This document shows positions 41,791 to 51,319 of a stretch of DNA of 64,000 bases, in pieces. A program made the translations under genes and the position numbers. The notes beneath the pieces were generated by a model. The model was given only the letters and a program-made list of their open reading frames with translations, did not search any database and was not told the origin of the DNA. This DNA is from Thermodesulfobacteriota bacterium. GTDB lineage: Bacteria > Desulfobacterota_D > UBA1144 > Nemesobacterales > Nemesobacteraceae. How positions within the stretch are numbered: the stretch's first letter is position 1; every line of letters begins with the position of its first letter. The stretch is taken from contig OZ253668.1 in the NCBI GenBank assembly GCA_965263275.1, forward strand, positions 795,154-859,153, in the 5' to 3' direction.

Positions 41791-42688
41791 GAAAAAAGAA
41801 AAGCTTCCAATAAAGGGCTATCTTTTTCTGATAGCCACCGCTTTTTTTACGGCGCTTTCCTACGCCATAGGAAAGTCGCTTGAGCGAAGCGACCTTCACC
41901 CGGAAACCACTACGTTTTTCTGGTTTTTCGGGGCTTTTGTGGTTGCCCTGATTCTGTTCCCGTTTCTTCGCGCGCAGAGAGAGGAACTGAAAAGAATCCG
42001 CCAGTACCGCGACATTTTCATCTGGAGCTCCGTGATAACCTCGGCCGGAGCCGCCTTGTGGATGGTGGCGCTTTGGACAATCGGACCGGCCATTACCTCG
42101 TTCCTGATGAAAGCCCAGACGCTTTTTGCGCTCCTGCTCGGCATAATCTTTCTCGGGGAAAGGCTTAACAAGGGGGAGAGCATAGGAATAGCTCTGACCG
42201 TGGCGGGCGGAGTGGTAGTCGCCTACCAGAGAGAAGATTATCTCATCTTCGGAACCGCGATGGCTCTTGGAGCCGCGTTTTTGTATTCCCTTCTTTCTTT
42301 CATGGTAAAGAAGATAGCGCAGGACCTTAACATGCTCACAGTCGCGACGCTTAGAACTCTTGGAGTCTCCATAGTTCTTTTCATTTACCTTATGCTCACC
42401 GGAAGCTTCGAGCCCCCTAACCTTAAACAGGCGCTTGTGATGGCATGCGGAGGAGCATGCGGAGCATACATAGCCAAAGGAAGCCAGTTTCACGCCATAA
42501 AGCTTCTCGACATCTCAAGAACAACGGCCGTGATGCCGATGGAATCGATCTTCGTACTGATTCTCGCGCACGTTTTCTTCGACGACCTGCCGTCGGTCAC
42601 GAAACTTTTGGGGGGAGCTTCAATAATCGCCGGAGTCGTTTTTCTGGTGCTTTTCCGGGGACAGAAAAACGATATTCTCGGCAAGTGA
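41777..42688 (+). CDS. EamA/DMT-family transporter
   Basis: 303 aa, 10 predicted TM segments with two EamA-like repeats. Confidence 0.6.
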   Translation: MNKTEKKEKLPIKGYLFLIATAFFTALSYAIGKSLERSDLHPETTTFFWFFGAFVVALILFPFLRAQREELKRIRQYRDIFIWSSVITSAGAALWMVALWTIGPAITSFLMKAQTLFALLLGIIFLGERLNKGESIGIALTVAGGVVVAYQREDYLIFGTAMALGAAFLYSLLSFMVKKIAQDLNMLTVATLRTLGVSIVLFIYLMLTGSFEPPNLKQALVMACGGACGAYIAKGSQFHAIKLLDISRTTAVMPMESIFVLILAHVFFDDLPSVTKLLGGASIIAGVVFLVLFRGQKNDILGK

Positions 42689-42692
42689 GTTC

Positions 42693-43805
42693 CTACCGGG
42701 AACTAGAAAAATCTGTTCTGAGTTCCCTTCTCATCCGATGTCTCTGCTCTGCAAGCTCAACCAGCATCTCGAGCATTTCCCCGACGCAAAGTCCGCTTGC
42801 CTCCCACAGCTTCGGATACATGCTTATGGGCGTAAAACCCGGGATCGTGTTTATCTCGCTTACAAACACCTGTTCCGTATCGGCATCAATCAGAAAATCC
42901 ACTCTGGCCATACCGGTGCAGCAAAGAGCAGAATAAGAAGCAACAGAGAGAGTTCTGATTCTATCCTGAATCTTTTGGTCAAGGTCGCAGGGAATGCGGA
43001 ATTCCGTGGATTCATCTTGGTACTTCTTTGCGTAATCGTAAAAACTCCCTTCCACAACAAGTTCCCCGGGAATTGATGCCCGAGGGTCATGGTTCCCTAT
43101 AACGCTTACTTCCACCTCCCTGAGATTCAATACCGCCCGCTCAACGATCACCCTTTCAGAAAAATCAAAAGAAGCCTCCACGGCATCACCAATTGCCGCC
43201 GGAGAACTCACCTTTGAAACTCCGACCGAAGAGCCAAGGTTCGAGGATTTTACAAAGCAAGGAAAGCCTATTTCATCTTCCAGGCTACGGAGAATTCCTT
43301 CTTTATCTTTTTGCCAGCTGGTTTTTGCGAAACCAAAAAAGGGGACAACCGGAATACCATTATCCCTGAGGATGGTTTTTGAAACTATCTTATCAATGCA
43401 AAGCGAAGACCCAAGCAAATCCGCGCCCACGCACGGAACACCCATAAGATCGATGAGACCCTGTACCGACCCATCCTCGCCGAAGGTTCCGTGAAGAACG
43501 GGGAAAACGGCATCCACGGAGAAAATCTCCCTTATCTCTCCTTCGATTATTTCAGCGAAACGGCCCGGGGGAGAACCGTAGAGCATGGGAACAATCTCGG
43601 AGTCGGGAACCAGGGCGGGAGGTTTCCCCTCCGGCCAGTTCTCAAGAAAAGCCCTCTGCCAGCGACCCTCTTTCGAAATAAAAATCGGCAACAGAGCGAA
43701 TTTCAAAGGATCAAGGTTGCTTACGATAAACTTTGAGGAGACAAGAGATACCTCATGCTCAACCGAAATCCCACCGAAAAGAACCGCAACGGTTTTTCTG
43801 CTCAA
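42693..43805 (-). CDS. ddl: D-alanine--D-alanine ligase
   Basis: VAVLFGGISVEHEVSLVS N-terminus, an ATP-grasp domain and the ARVDFLID...EINTIPGFT C-terminal motifs. Confidence 0.9.
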   Translation of the reverse strand: MSRKTVAVLFGGISVEHEVSLVSSKFIVSNLDPLKFALLPIFISKEGRWQRAFLENWPEGKPPALVPDSEIVPMLYGSPPGRFAEIIEGEIREIFSVDAVFPVLHGTFGEDGSVQGLIDLMGVPCVGADLLGSSLCIDKIVSKTILRDNGIPVVPFFGFAKTSWQKDKEGILRSLEDEIGFPCFVKSSNLGSSVGVSKVSSPAAIGDAVEASFDFSERVIVERAVLNLREVEVSVIGNHDPRASIPGELVVEGSFYDYAKKYQDESTEFRIPCDLDQKIQDRIRTLSVASYSALCCTGMARVDFLIDADTEQVFVSEINTIPGFTPISMYPKLWEASGLCVGEMLEMLVELAEQRHRMRRELRTDFSSSR

Positions 43806-44022
43806 CTCATGACTCCCGGTGTGTTTCAGGAAAAATTTTTAAGAGAAACTGTAAGAAAACAAAAACCTGCTAAATCCCGTTTCTATAAAATCTCCCACAA
43901 CATACTTTGACTATTGAAACTATGTGGTTAAAATTATTATACAAATAACTGAAGAAAAATAAACCGGAAGACTTTCTTCGGGGCATTATTGTCCCCGCCA
44001 TTGATTAAAAATTACGAAAATA

Positions 44023-45723
44023 ATGAATAATATGGATAAATTTACCGCAGACAGAATCAACTCCAGCTTAATCGTGATGCTTTCCGCGGTTTTCACCGTT
44101 TTTCTCCCGTGGTTTCCCGCTACCGCTTCAAGTCAGGATTTACTGAAACCACACACATCTCTGGAAGAAGCACAGATCGAATTCGTCGAGTTAGCTCAGA
44201 GAGCTGAAGAAATCGAGGAAGTGGACACTGATACCGCGGCCCAATTGTCTTCTGACTCTGGCGAACAAACCCCACAAGTTCCCCTGACACAACCCGAGGC
44301 CGGGGAAATCGGGGAAACGGATACCGTTACGGCGCTCCAACTATCTTCTGACCCTGACGAAAAAATCCTTCAAGCTGACCAGACAGAACCCGGGACCGAA
44401 GAGATCTCAGCGGTCGAGGACACGGAAACTTCACAGGATTATGAGGACATAAAATTCGAGATAAAGAGAAACTCAAGGGTTGAGCATTACATCCGCCGGT
44501 TCTCAGGAAAAGGAAAGGAAGGCTTCGCTACGATTCTCAACCGCTCCGGGAAATTCCTTCCGGAGATTAAAAAAACGCTTCTCTCCGAGGGAATTCCTTC
44601 AGACATCGCGTATCTGCCGCTTATAGAAAGCGGATTTAACCCCCGTGCCGTTTCAAGAAAGAGCGCCGTCGGTCTCTGGCAATTCATAAGACCGACCGGG
44701 CTGAGATATGGACTAAAAGTAAACTATTGGGTAGACGAGAGAATGGATGTCGAGAAATCGACCCTGGCGGCAGCCAGATATCTCAAGGAGATGTTTGACG
44801 AATTCGGTTCATGGGAACTTGCCCTAGCCGCCTACAACTGCGGAGAGAGTAGGGTGTCTAAGGCCATCACCAGAACAGGTTCGACCGACTTCTGGACACT
44901 TTCAAGGAAGCTCCCGAGAGAAACAAGAAACTATCTGCCGAAATTCAACGCCGCTTTGATAATAGCCAAGAACCCGGAGAAATACGGCTTCAGGATTATG
45001 GAAGCGGAGAAAGATTATGAAACTGTAAATGTTCCGCCCAGAAAGAGTCTCGCGGAAATCGCTAACCTGCTTGACATGGGGTACAAGGAAATTTCCAGGT
45101 ACAACCCCTCACTTATCGGACTTACCACTCCTCCTGGAGAAAGCTATGAGCTTAAGGTTCCCAAGGGCTACGGGGAGAAACTCGTTTCAGTCCAAAGCCA
45201 GGTGGTGGCCCTAAAAGACATTGAAATTCCTTTCAGGACAAGACCCACGAGATACACGGTGAAACCGGACGACAGTCTCTGGAAGATAGCCAGGCGATTC
45301 GGAACCTCCATCGAGAAACTCAAGTACGCAAATCGCCTCTCCAGTTCAATCATACGTCCCGGACAGAGGCTTAAGATACCCACAAGAGGAAATGTCGTAT
45401 ACGTAAAGCACAAAATTCGTCCCGGGGAAAACATTTACGTCCTGGCGAAAAAATACGGCGTTTCCATTGACGAGATAAAAAGGGCTAACAACCTCAAGGG
45501 TTCGCTTATAATAGCGGGGAAGACCCTTTCAATCCCCCAGAGACTTTCCTCCACTTACGTGCAGCGGGACGTTCCGAGAAAAATGAGCCACAAAATAATA
45601 CCCGGCGATACTCTGAGCGAGCTGGCGCTTCGTTACAGGGTATCGGTCTCCCAGATCAAGAGATGGAACAACTTGTCCTCAACCACCCTGATCGCCGGAA
45701 GAAATCTCGTCATTTACAAATAA
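44023..45723 (+). CDS. mltD: membrane-bound lytic murein transglycosylase (MltD-like): SLT domain plus three LysM repeats
   Basis: N-terminal signal/anchor, acidic tandem-repeat region, SLT motifs (ESGFNPRAVSRKSAVGLWQF, AAYNCGESRV) and three C-terminal LysM domains (YTVKPDDSLWKIARRFG, HKIRPGENIYVLAKKYG, HKIIPGDTLSELALRYR). Confidence 0.75.
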   Translation: MNNMDKFTADRINSSLIVMLSAVFTVFLPWFPATASSQDLLKPHTSLEEAQIEFVELAQRAEEIEEVDTDTAAQLSSDSGEQTPQVPLTQPEAGEIGETDTVTALQLSSDPDEKILQADQTEPGTEEISAVEDTETSQDYEDIKFEIKRNSRVEHYIRRFSGKGKEGFATILNRSGKFLPEIKKTLLSEGIPSDIAYLPLIESGFNPRAVSRKSAVGLWQFIRPTGLRYGLKVNYWVDERMDVEKSTLAAARYLKEMFDEFGSWELALAAYNCGESRVSKAITRTGSTDFWTLSRKLPRETRNYLPKFNAALIIAKNPEKYGFRIMEAEKDYETVNVPPRKSLAEIANLLDMGYKEISRYNPSLIGLTTPPGESYELKVPKGYGEKLVSVQSQVVALKDIEIPFRTRPTRYTVKPDDSLWKIARRFGTSIEKLKYANRLSSSIIRPGQRLKIPTRGNVVYVKHKIRPGENIYVLAKKYGVSIDEIKRANNLKGSLIIAGKTLSIPQRLSSTYVQRDVPRKMSHKIIPGDTLSELALRYRVSVSQIKRWNNLSSTTLIAGRNLVIYK

Positions 45724-45730
45724 ACCCCGG

Positions 45731-46375
45731 ATGTTGACAGTACGGTCAATAAGGGAAAACCTTCCGAGCAAAGCTCCCGAGATACGCTTCAAACTCAGGG
45801 AATTTGAAAACGTTATCAAAAACGCTTCCGAAGAGGTAATTTTCGAGGAACTGGTTTTCTGCATATTCACGGCCGGGACAAGCGCCAAGATGGGGCTAAG
45901 CGCGATTCGCGCTGTAAGGAACATACTTCCGAGCGCAAGCGAGGATGAACTCAGGGAGAGGCTTCGCGGAGTATACAGATTTCCAAACGTGCGCTCAAAA
46001 CACGTGATCCACACAAGGGACTATCTTGCCCGCGAGTACGGACTCAAGCTAAGGCCGCTTCTTCTCTCCTTTGAAGATCCGGTTGAGAGAAGAGATTTTT
46101 TCGCACTTAACAGCGACGTAAAGGGACTTGGTTTCAAGGAAGCAAGCCATTTTCTGAGAAACATCGGTTTTCGCGGCTACGCAATACTTGATAAGCACAT
46201 ACTCCAGTGCCTTTTCGAACTCGGTATAACGGAATCTGCCCGGGCACCACACTCAAGGTCGAAATACATCGAGATTGAAAACAAGTTTAGAAGTTTCTCG
46301 GAGAGAAACGGATTTGATTTTGATGAAATGGACCTGTTTCTCTGGAGTGAAAAGACAGGCGAAATACTGAAATAA
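45731..46375 (+). CDS. Ogg2-family 8-oxoguanine DNA glycosylase/AP lyase (HhH-GPD), copy 1
   Basis: 214 aa, VKGLGFKEASHFLRNIGF matches the archaeal/Thermotoga-type Ogg2 helix-hairpin-helix Lys region. Confidence 0.6.
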   Translation: MLTVRSIRENLPSKAPEIRFKLREFENVIKNASEEVIFEELVFCIFTAGTSAKMGLSAIRAVRNILPSASEDELRERLRGVYRFPNVRSKHVIHTRDYLAREYGLKLRPLLLSFEDPVERRDFFALNSDVKGLGFKEASHFLRNIGFRGYAILDKHILQCLFELGITESARAPHSRSKYIEIENKFRSFSERNGFDFDEMDLFLWSEKTGEILK

Positions 46376-46400
46376 CGCCTCGAAAAACAGGGGTCTCCGA

Positions 46401-47051
46401 ATGACGGAAAAAGAAAAACGAGAACTCCTAGAACTTTATGAGCTTAAAAAAGAAGAAATAAGGAACCAGCTTTTGGAATTCAAAGAAGCTTTTCAAGAAG
46501 CTGACGACCACCAGATCTTCTGTGAACTTTCATTCTGCATACTGAGTTCCGGGGTCGGTCCCAAAATAGCTGGTCAATGCATGAGGGCCATAGGAGAAAA
46601 GCTCGCGGACGGAGAAGAAGATGAACTGCTAAGCAGCCTTGAAGCAATTCACAAATATGCCGAGAACGTGTCCCGCTACATTGTTTTTACCAGAGAATAT
46701 CTTAAAAAAGAACACGGATTTCTTCTGAAATCACTTGTCAGTTCCTTTGAAGACAGGGTGGAAAGAAGAGACTTTTTCGTAAAAAACCCCGGGATCAAAG
46801 GGCTTGGATACGTGCAGACAAGCCATTTTCTAAGGAACCTAGGATTTCCCGGTTACGCAATTCTTGACCGAAACAACATAACATCTCTTTTTGAACTGGG
46901 GATTATAAGCGAGGCGAAATATCCCCCGACAAAAAAAAGATATCTTGAAACCGAGAACCTGATGACGGATTCCGCGCGCGAACTGGGAATGAGTCTTGAT
47001 GAATTTGACCTGCTTCTTTGGTCAAGGAAAAGAAAATATGTCCCGAGGTAA
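46401..47051 (+). CDS. Ogg2-family 8-oxoguanine DNA glycosylase/AP lyase, copy 2 (divergent paralog)
   Basis: 216 aa, IKGLGYVQTSHFLRNLGF. It is collinear with copy 1 over the full length at roughly 40% identity, 25 nt downstream. Confidence 0.6.
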   Translation: MTEKEKRELLELYELKKEEIRNQLLEFKEAFQEADDHQIFCELSFCILSSGVGPKIAGQCMRAIGEKLADGEEDELLSSLEAIHKYAENVSRYIVFTREYLKKEHGFLLKSLVSSFEDRVERRDFFVKNPGIKGLGYVQTSHFLRNLGFPGYAILDRNNITSLFELGIISEAKYPPTKKRYLETENLMTDSARELGMSLDEFDLLLWSRKRKYVPR

Positions 47052-47053
47052 GA

Positions 47054-47773
47054 TCACCCGGAGGCGCATCTTATAAAAACCTCAGCCCAAAGCGGTGCGA
47101 ATCCGTCCGCGGTATCGTGAAAAGCCCCCCTGTACCTGTTAAGACCCATTATGCCGTCGGTATAGTCCTTGTAGGCCGTCTGGCTTCTGTGCGCTTCAAT
47201 AGCCCGGCGCTTGCGGTCGGCAAAAGGGGTTATATCCTCAATACGGTCGTATGAGGGAAAAGGTGTCCATACTTCATAAAACCAGCATTCGCACTCAAAA
47301 GCATCCGCGTCGGTCGCGGCGCTCAGGCAATCAAGCGTCAGTCGGGAAACTGTTCTGTGGGTTTTGTGTTTGTCAATTTCGGGATGGGGGATGTATATCT
47401 CATTTGGACAGAGCTTGGTTATAATTTCCAGCATCCTGGAACTGAATTCATGCTTGTTCGCATCAGATTCCATATCTGCAAAACCAAGAAGGGAAAGCTC
47501 CACACCAAGTGCCCTTGAAGATTCCCTGACTTCCCGCTCCCTCGTCCGTATAAGCTCCTCCCGCGTAATACCCCTCGGGTTTGCGCTTCTCCTCCCATCG
47601 GTAACGACAACGGAAATCACGTCCATACCTTTTTCCAGAAGCAGGCACACCGTTCCTCCCATGCCTATCTCAAGGTCATCGGGATGCGGGGAAATTATAA
47701 GGGCTTTTGCGTCGGACATATGAATTTTCTCGATAAAAAGATTGCCGGAATCTACATTACACCGTGAATTCAA
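47054..47773 (-). CDS. PIG-L/LmbE-family N-acetylglucosaminyl deacetylase
   Basis: ALIISPHPDDLEIGMGGT motif. The real start is likely Met at about 47719. Confidence 0.7.
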   Translation of the reverse strand: MNSRCNVDSGNLFIEKIHMSDAKALIISPHPDDLEIGMGGTVCLLLEKGMDVISVVVTDGRRSANPRGITREELIRTREREVRESSRALGVELSLLGFADMESDANKHEFSSRMLEIITKLCPNEIYIPHPEIDKHKTHRTVSRLTLDCLSAATDADAFECECWFYEVWTPFPSYDRIEDITPFADRKRRAIEAHRSQTAYKDYTDGIMGLNRYRGAFHDTADGFAPLWAEVFIRCASG

Positions 47774-47881
47774 ATTAGAAAAATGCCAAGAAGCACTCGT
47801 CAGATGCTTTCTCGGATAACATTCTACGGTGCCAGAGGTCTATAGAACAGAAACCCACTGATTCAGTAATAATTAACATGG

Positions 47882-48799
47882 CTATCTATGTTTTGAAGAA
47901 GATTCTGAAAGGACATTTACCAGCAGGTCGTGCTGCTTTCTGTGCTTATCAGGGTTTGTGTCTCGTAGTTTCTTCAAATTCTGAAGCTTCCACTGAACTG
48001 CTGGAAATTGTTCAAAGTCATAAAGACTCCAATCAGGTTCAGCATTGTCAGCACGTAAAAGAAAATCCTTGTCTTCGTCAGTAAGAGACACATTTATCAT
48101 CCAAATTAGTTTATTTCTAGCTTTTTCGTATTCCTCGTAGGAGAAAGGTTCACGTGACATGCCTTCAAATTGGTTCTCAAAGATATCTCTTTGGTCTTGC
48201 GGTCGCGGGGCAAGCAATTCATACATCGGCCTGTCACTACAAAGCAGACCGTATAAAAAACCACGTTTTATGTCATTGAAAAAACCTTCTTGATCCATAA
48301 GCGGACTTAAGTCAAAAAAATCTCTGGGGTGCTGTCGATCCAGGGCCGCACAGACCTTGCCACCATAGAGTTGGCTTGTTGGCACCAAATGCATCGCACA
48401 AAACGTATCAAACTCTGATTGCGCACTTTGGCAGAGCTCTAATTGTTCAGGAGGCGCAATAACACCCCGTTTTACCATGTTCACTTCAATTTTTGTTTGT
48501 GCACCTGAGCGAGAGATAAAAAGCTTGCAGACATTTTGTTGATGAACAACCTGCATGCCTCTCTTTTTTGATTCAATACCACTTTTTATTCTGCTTAACC
48601 CTTGATTGATATTATTCAAAGATGTATCCCTGTCTTCAAGCGGCACATAGGTTAAATCAATGTCAACGGACAGACGTGGCATCTCACGCACGAAAAAATT
48701 AATTGCCGTACCACCATGGAGCACAAAGCAGGATTGCTTTGCCACCTCAGGCAAAACTTCAAGCAAAAGTTCCACCTGTTCTTTATAGTCCTGTCTCAT
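47882..48799 (-). CDS. abiEii: nucleotidyltransferase AbiEii/AbiGii toxin-family protein (type IV TA / abortive-infection component)
   Basis: 305 aa, LHGGTAINFF...RLSVDIDLTY pattern of the AbiEii (DUF1814) family. Located in a low-GC island. Confidence 0.65.
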   Translation of the reverse strand: MRQDYKEQVELLLEVLPEVAKQSCFVLHGGTAINFFVREMPRLSVDIDLTYVPLEDRDTSLNNINQGLSRIKSGIESKKRGMQVVHQQNVCKLFISRSGAQTKIEVNMVKRGVIAPPEQLELCQSAQSEFDTFCAMHLVPTSQLYGGKVCAALDRQHPRDFFDLSPLMDQEGFFNDIKRGFLYGLLCSDRPMYELLAPRPQDQRDIFENQFEGMSREPFSYEEYEKARNKLIWMINVSLTDEDKDFLLRADNAEPDWSLYDFEQFPAVQWKLQNLKKLRDTNPDKHRKQHDLLVNVLSESSSKHR

Positions 48800-49568
48800 T
48801 GCTCTTTGCTTCTAATTCCTTAGGAACAGTGATTTGATACTTTGGCACATAAACACCATTAGTCAGAAGACTTCGTTTGCCTTTGCCCAAATCGATTTTT
48901 TCTAAATCCAGAAAATTAAACCAGTCATGCTCCGCTTTCTCGCTCATATACAAAAAAAGCCGCTTCACTTTCACCGAACGGCACTGCTCAAGCAATGTCT
49001 GCACTTGGGCAGGTCTTAAATTGTTAAGTCCCTCCATCAACTCAAAGGCCTCAAGCAAAGACTGCTTTTCAGGCGCAAGATAAAGGCATTCCATTAGTGC
49101 TCGCGCAGCCCCGGACACATTGACGGAAAAAGTTTTCAGTTCAACGCTGGTCAGTCCCAGTTGTGGGGGAAGAAAGGAAGATGCGCGGTAGTAAACATCT
49201 AACTCCCAATCATACTTCTTAAACCAAAGGGGTAATCTTTCGCTAGCATGACCAAATAATATTGCCCGTTTCGGGGACAATTCAAGATAATGGGATTTAC
49301 CGAGCAATGATAAAGCAGTTCGACCACCAGGGTGAACACTTAAACCTTGCTGTTTTTGCAGGGCATAGACCGCACCCAAATAATCAACTTCGTCTCCCGC
49401 ACGGACCATAGCACCCGCACCTATTGATTCAAACCAATAACTGCGTCGATAGCGTTTCTGAAGATCCAGGCTGTAACCCCGCTCTGCCAGCCATGGTGAC
49501 AAGAGTACAACTCCTCTAGGTACAGTCCTTAAGAGTCGGTTTATTTTAGAATTATTTTGGGTACTCAT
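48783..49568 (-). CDS. abiEi: AbiEi antitoxin-like transcriptional regulator
   Basis: 261 aa, winged-helix-like N-terminal region. It lies immediately upstream of the AbiEii gene, which it overlaps by 17 nt, the usual AbiEi/AbiEii pairing. Confidence 0.55.
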   Translation of the reverse strand: MSTQNNSKINRLLRTVPRGVVLLSPWLAERGYSLDLQKRYRRSYWFESIGAGAMVRAGDEVDYLGAVYALQKQQGLSVHPGGRTALSLLGKSHYLELSPKRAILFGHASERLPLWFKKYDWELDVYYRASSFLPPQLGLTSVELKTFSVNVSGAARALMECLYLAPEKQSLLEAFELMEGLNNLRPAQVQTLLEQCRSVKVKRLFLYMSEKAEHDWFNFLDLEKIDLGKGKRSLLTNGVYVPKYQITVPKELEAKSNETGL

Positions 49569-49824
49569 AGTACCAATATATAATATTCTTTAAACCTAGT
49601 CAAGAATAAAGTTTATTAAACAACTTTTAAAGGTACTAAAAGTCCTTTTAAACATTATTTTATAAACCGACAATCTACTATACCTAATCCTCCCAGAACA
49701 TGTTGTTCCAGCATCCATGTTCAAAACTCAAGTAGAAATACTTAAGCAGGGTTGCCTGCGGGCCAAGCGCATATATAATCTTCGCTCGGTTATCTTTATC
49801 AAAATTCCCCTGAAGGAACAACCA

Positions 49825-51255
49825 ATGGAATACGAAGCGGTAATCGGTCTTGAAGTGCATGCGCAGCTTGCCACCGAATCAAAGATATTTTCTTCTTCCT
49901 CAACTAAATTCGGAAGTCCTCCCAATTCCCAAGTGAACCCGGTCTGTCTTGGAATGCCGGGGGTGCTGCCGGTTTTCAACGAAAAGGTTCTTGAGTACGC
50001 GATAAGAGCGGGATTGGCGACCAACTGCGAAATTGCCCTGAAATCCAGATTCGCGAGGAAGAACTATTTCTACCCGGATCTTCCGAAAGGCTACCAGATT
50101 TCCCAGTACGATGAACCACTGTGTCTTCGGGGACACCTCGAGATAGATCTGGGGAACGGTAAAAAGAAAATCAGGATAACCCGCATACACCTCGAAGAAG
50201 ACGCAGGGAAGCTCGTGCACGAATATTCCGACTTTGAAAGCTACGTGGATCTGAACAGGGCTGGAGTGCCCCTTGTGGAAATAGTGAGCGAGCCTGACAT
50301 CTCAACCGCCGAAGAAGCGGTCAAATACGTAAAGAAACTGAGAACCATCTTGAGATATCTTGAGGTCTGCGACGGAAACATGGAGGAAGGAAGCCTGCGC
50401 TGCGACGCGAATGTTTCCGTGCGACCGGTAGGACAGAGCAAACTTGGAACGAAAACCGAGATAAAGAACCTGAATTCATTCCGTTTTATACAAAGAGCCA
50501 TAGAATATGAAACAAAGAGGCATGAAGCGGTTCTGCGAAGCGGAGGAAAGATTGTTCAGGAAACAAGGCTTTTTGACTCCCAAAGAGGGGTCACGTTCGC
50601 AATGAGATCAAAAGAAGAAGCTCACGACTACAGGTATTTTCCAGACCCGGATCTTCTGCCGGTTGTAGTGGAAGAGGATTACTTAGAAGAAATCCGTCTC
50701 TCCCTTCCAGAGTTGCCCGATGAAAAACTCAGCAGGTTCGTGGATGAATTCTCCATATCGAAAAACGACGCGGAGACACTTTCGTCCTCAAGACCGCTCG
50801 CGGAATATTTTGAAGAGTGCACAGAACACGCAAACGACAAGAAGGCTGCAAGCAACTGGATTTTAAACGAGCTACTAAGAGAGGTTGAAAACGAGGACAG
50901 GATAAGGGGATTCCCCGTCAAGCCCAAGGATCTTGCCGAACTATTAAACATCCTCGGGGAAGGAAGAATAAACCGCAAAACCGCCAAGGAAATATTTTCC
51001 GAGATGATAAGCGGAGGTAAAGGCGCCGAAGAAATAGTAACGGAGAAGGGGCTTACCCAGATTACGGATGAAGACGAGATTTCTTCAATTATAGCAAAAA
51101 TAATTGAAGAAAGTCCAGAGGAAGTCGAGAGGTACAGGGGCGGGGACATGAAGCTTCTAGGCTTTTTCGTCGGTCAGGTGATGAAGGCAACAAAGGGAAA
51201 AGCCGACCCCGCGGTTGTAAACCAAACGCTCAGGAAATCCCTCGAAAAAGAATAA
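49825..51255 (+). CDS. gatB: Asp-tRNA(Asn)/Glu-tRNA(Gln) amidotransferase subunit B
   Basis: MEYEAVIGLEVHAQL N-terminus with GAAGGA RBS. The track ORF extends upstream to 49717 without conservation. A C-terminal YqeY-like domain is present. Confidence 0.9.
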   Translation: MEYEAVIGLEVHAQLATESKIFSSSSTKFGSPPNSQVNPVCLGMPGVLPVFNEKVLEYAIRAGLATNCEIALKSRFARKNYFYPDLPKGYQISQYDEPLCLRGHLEIDLGNGKKKIRITRIHLEEDAGKLVHEYSDFESYVDLNRAGVPLVEIVSEPDISTAEEAVKYVKKLRTILRYLEVCDGNMEEGSLRCDANVSVRPVGQSKLGTKTEIKNLNSFRFIQRAIEYETKRHEAVLRSGGKIVQETRLFDSQRGVTFAMRSKEEAHDYRYFPDPDLLPVVVEEDYLEEIRLSLPELPDEKLSRFVDEFSISKNDAETLSSSRPLAEYFEECTEHANDKKAASNWILNELLREVENEDRIRGFPVKPKDLAELLNILGEGRINRKTAKEIFSEMISGGKGAEEIVTEKGLTQITDEDEISSIIAKIIEESPEEVERYRGGDMKLLGFFVGQVMKATKGKADPAVVNQTLRKSLEKE

Positions 51256-51319
51256 CGTAATTCTTGAGGATGAGAGGGGATACTACGCGCGGCGATGAAA
51301 CCCCAGAAAAAACGGCAGC

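Larger units (their letters stand above)
47800..49700. other. low-GC genomic island carrying the abiEi-abiEii pair
   Basis: Composition falls from about 55% to about 40% GC across roughly 47.8-49.7 kb. The flanks are AT-rich. It is inserted between a PIG-L deacetylase gene and gatB. No integrase or clear direct repeats were found. Confidence 0.5.

Noticed and set aside
41714-42493. 259-aa minus-strand ORF
   Set aside because: Antisense to the EamA transporter gene. Arg/Lys/Ser-rich translation that does not look like a protein.
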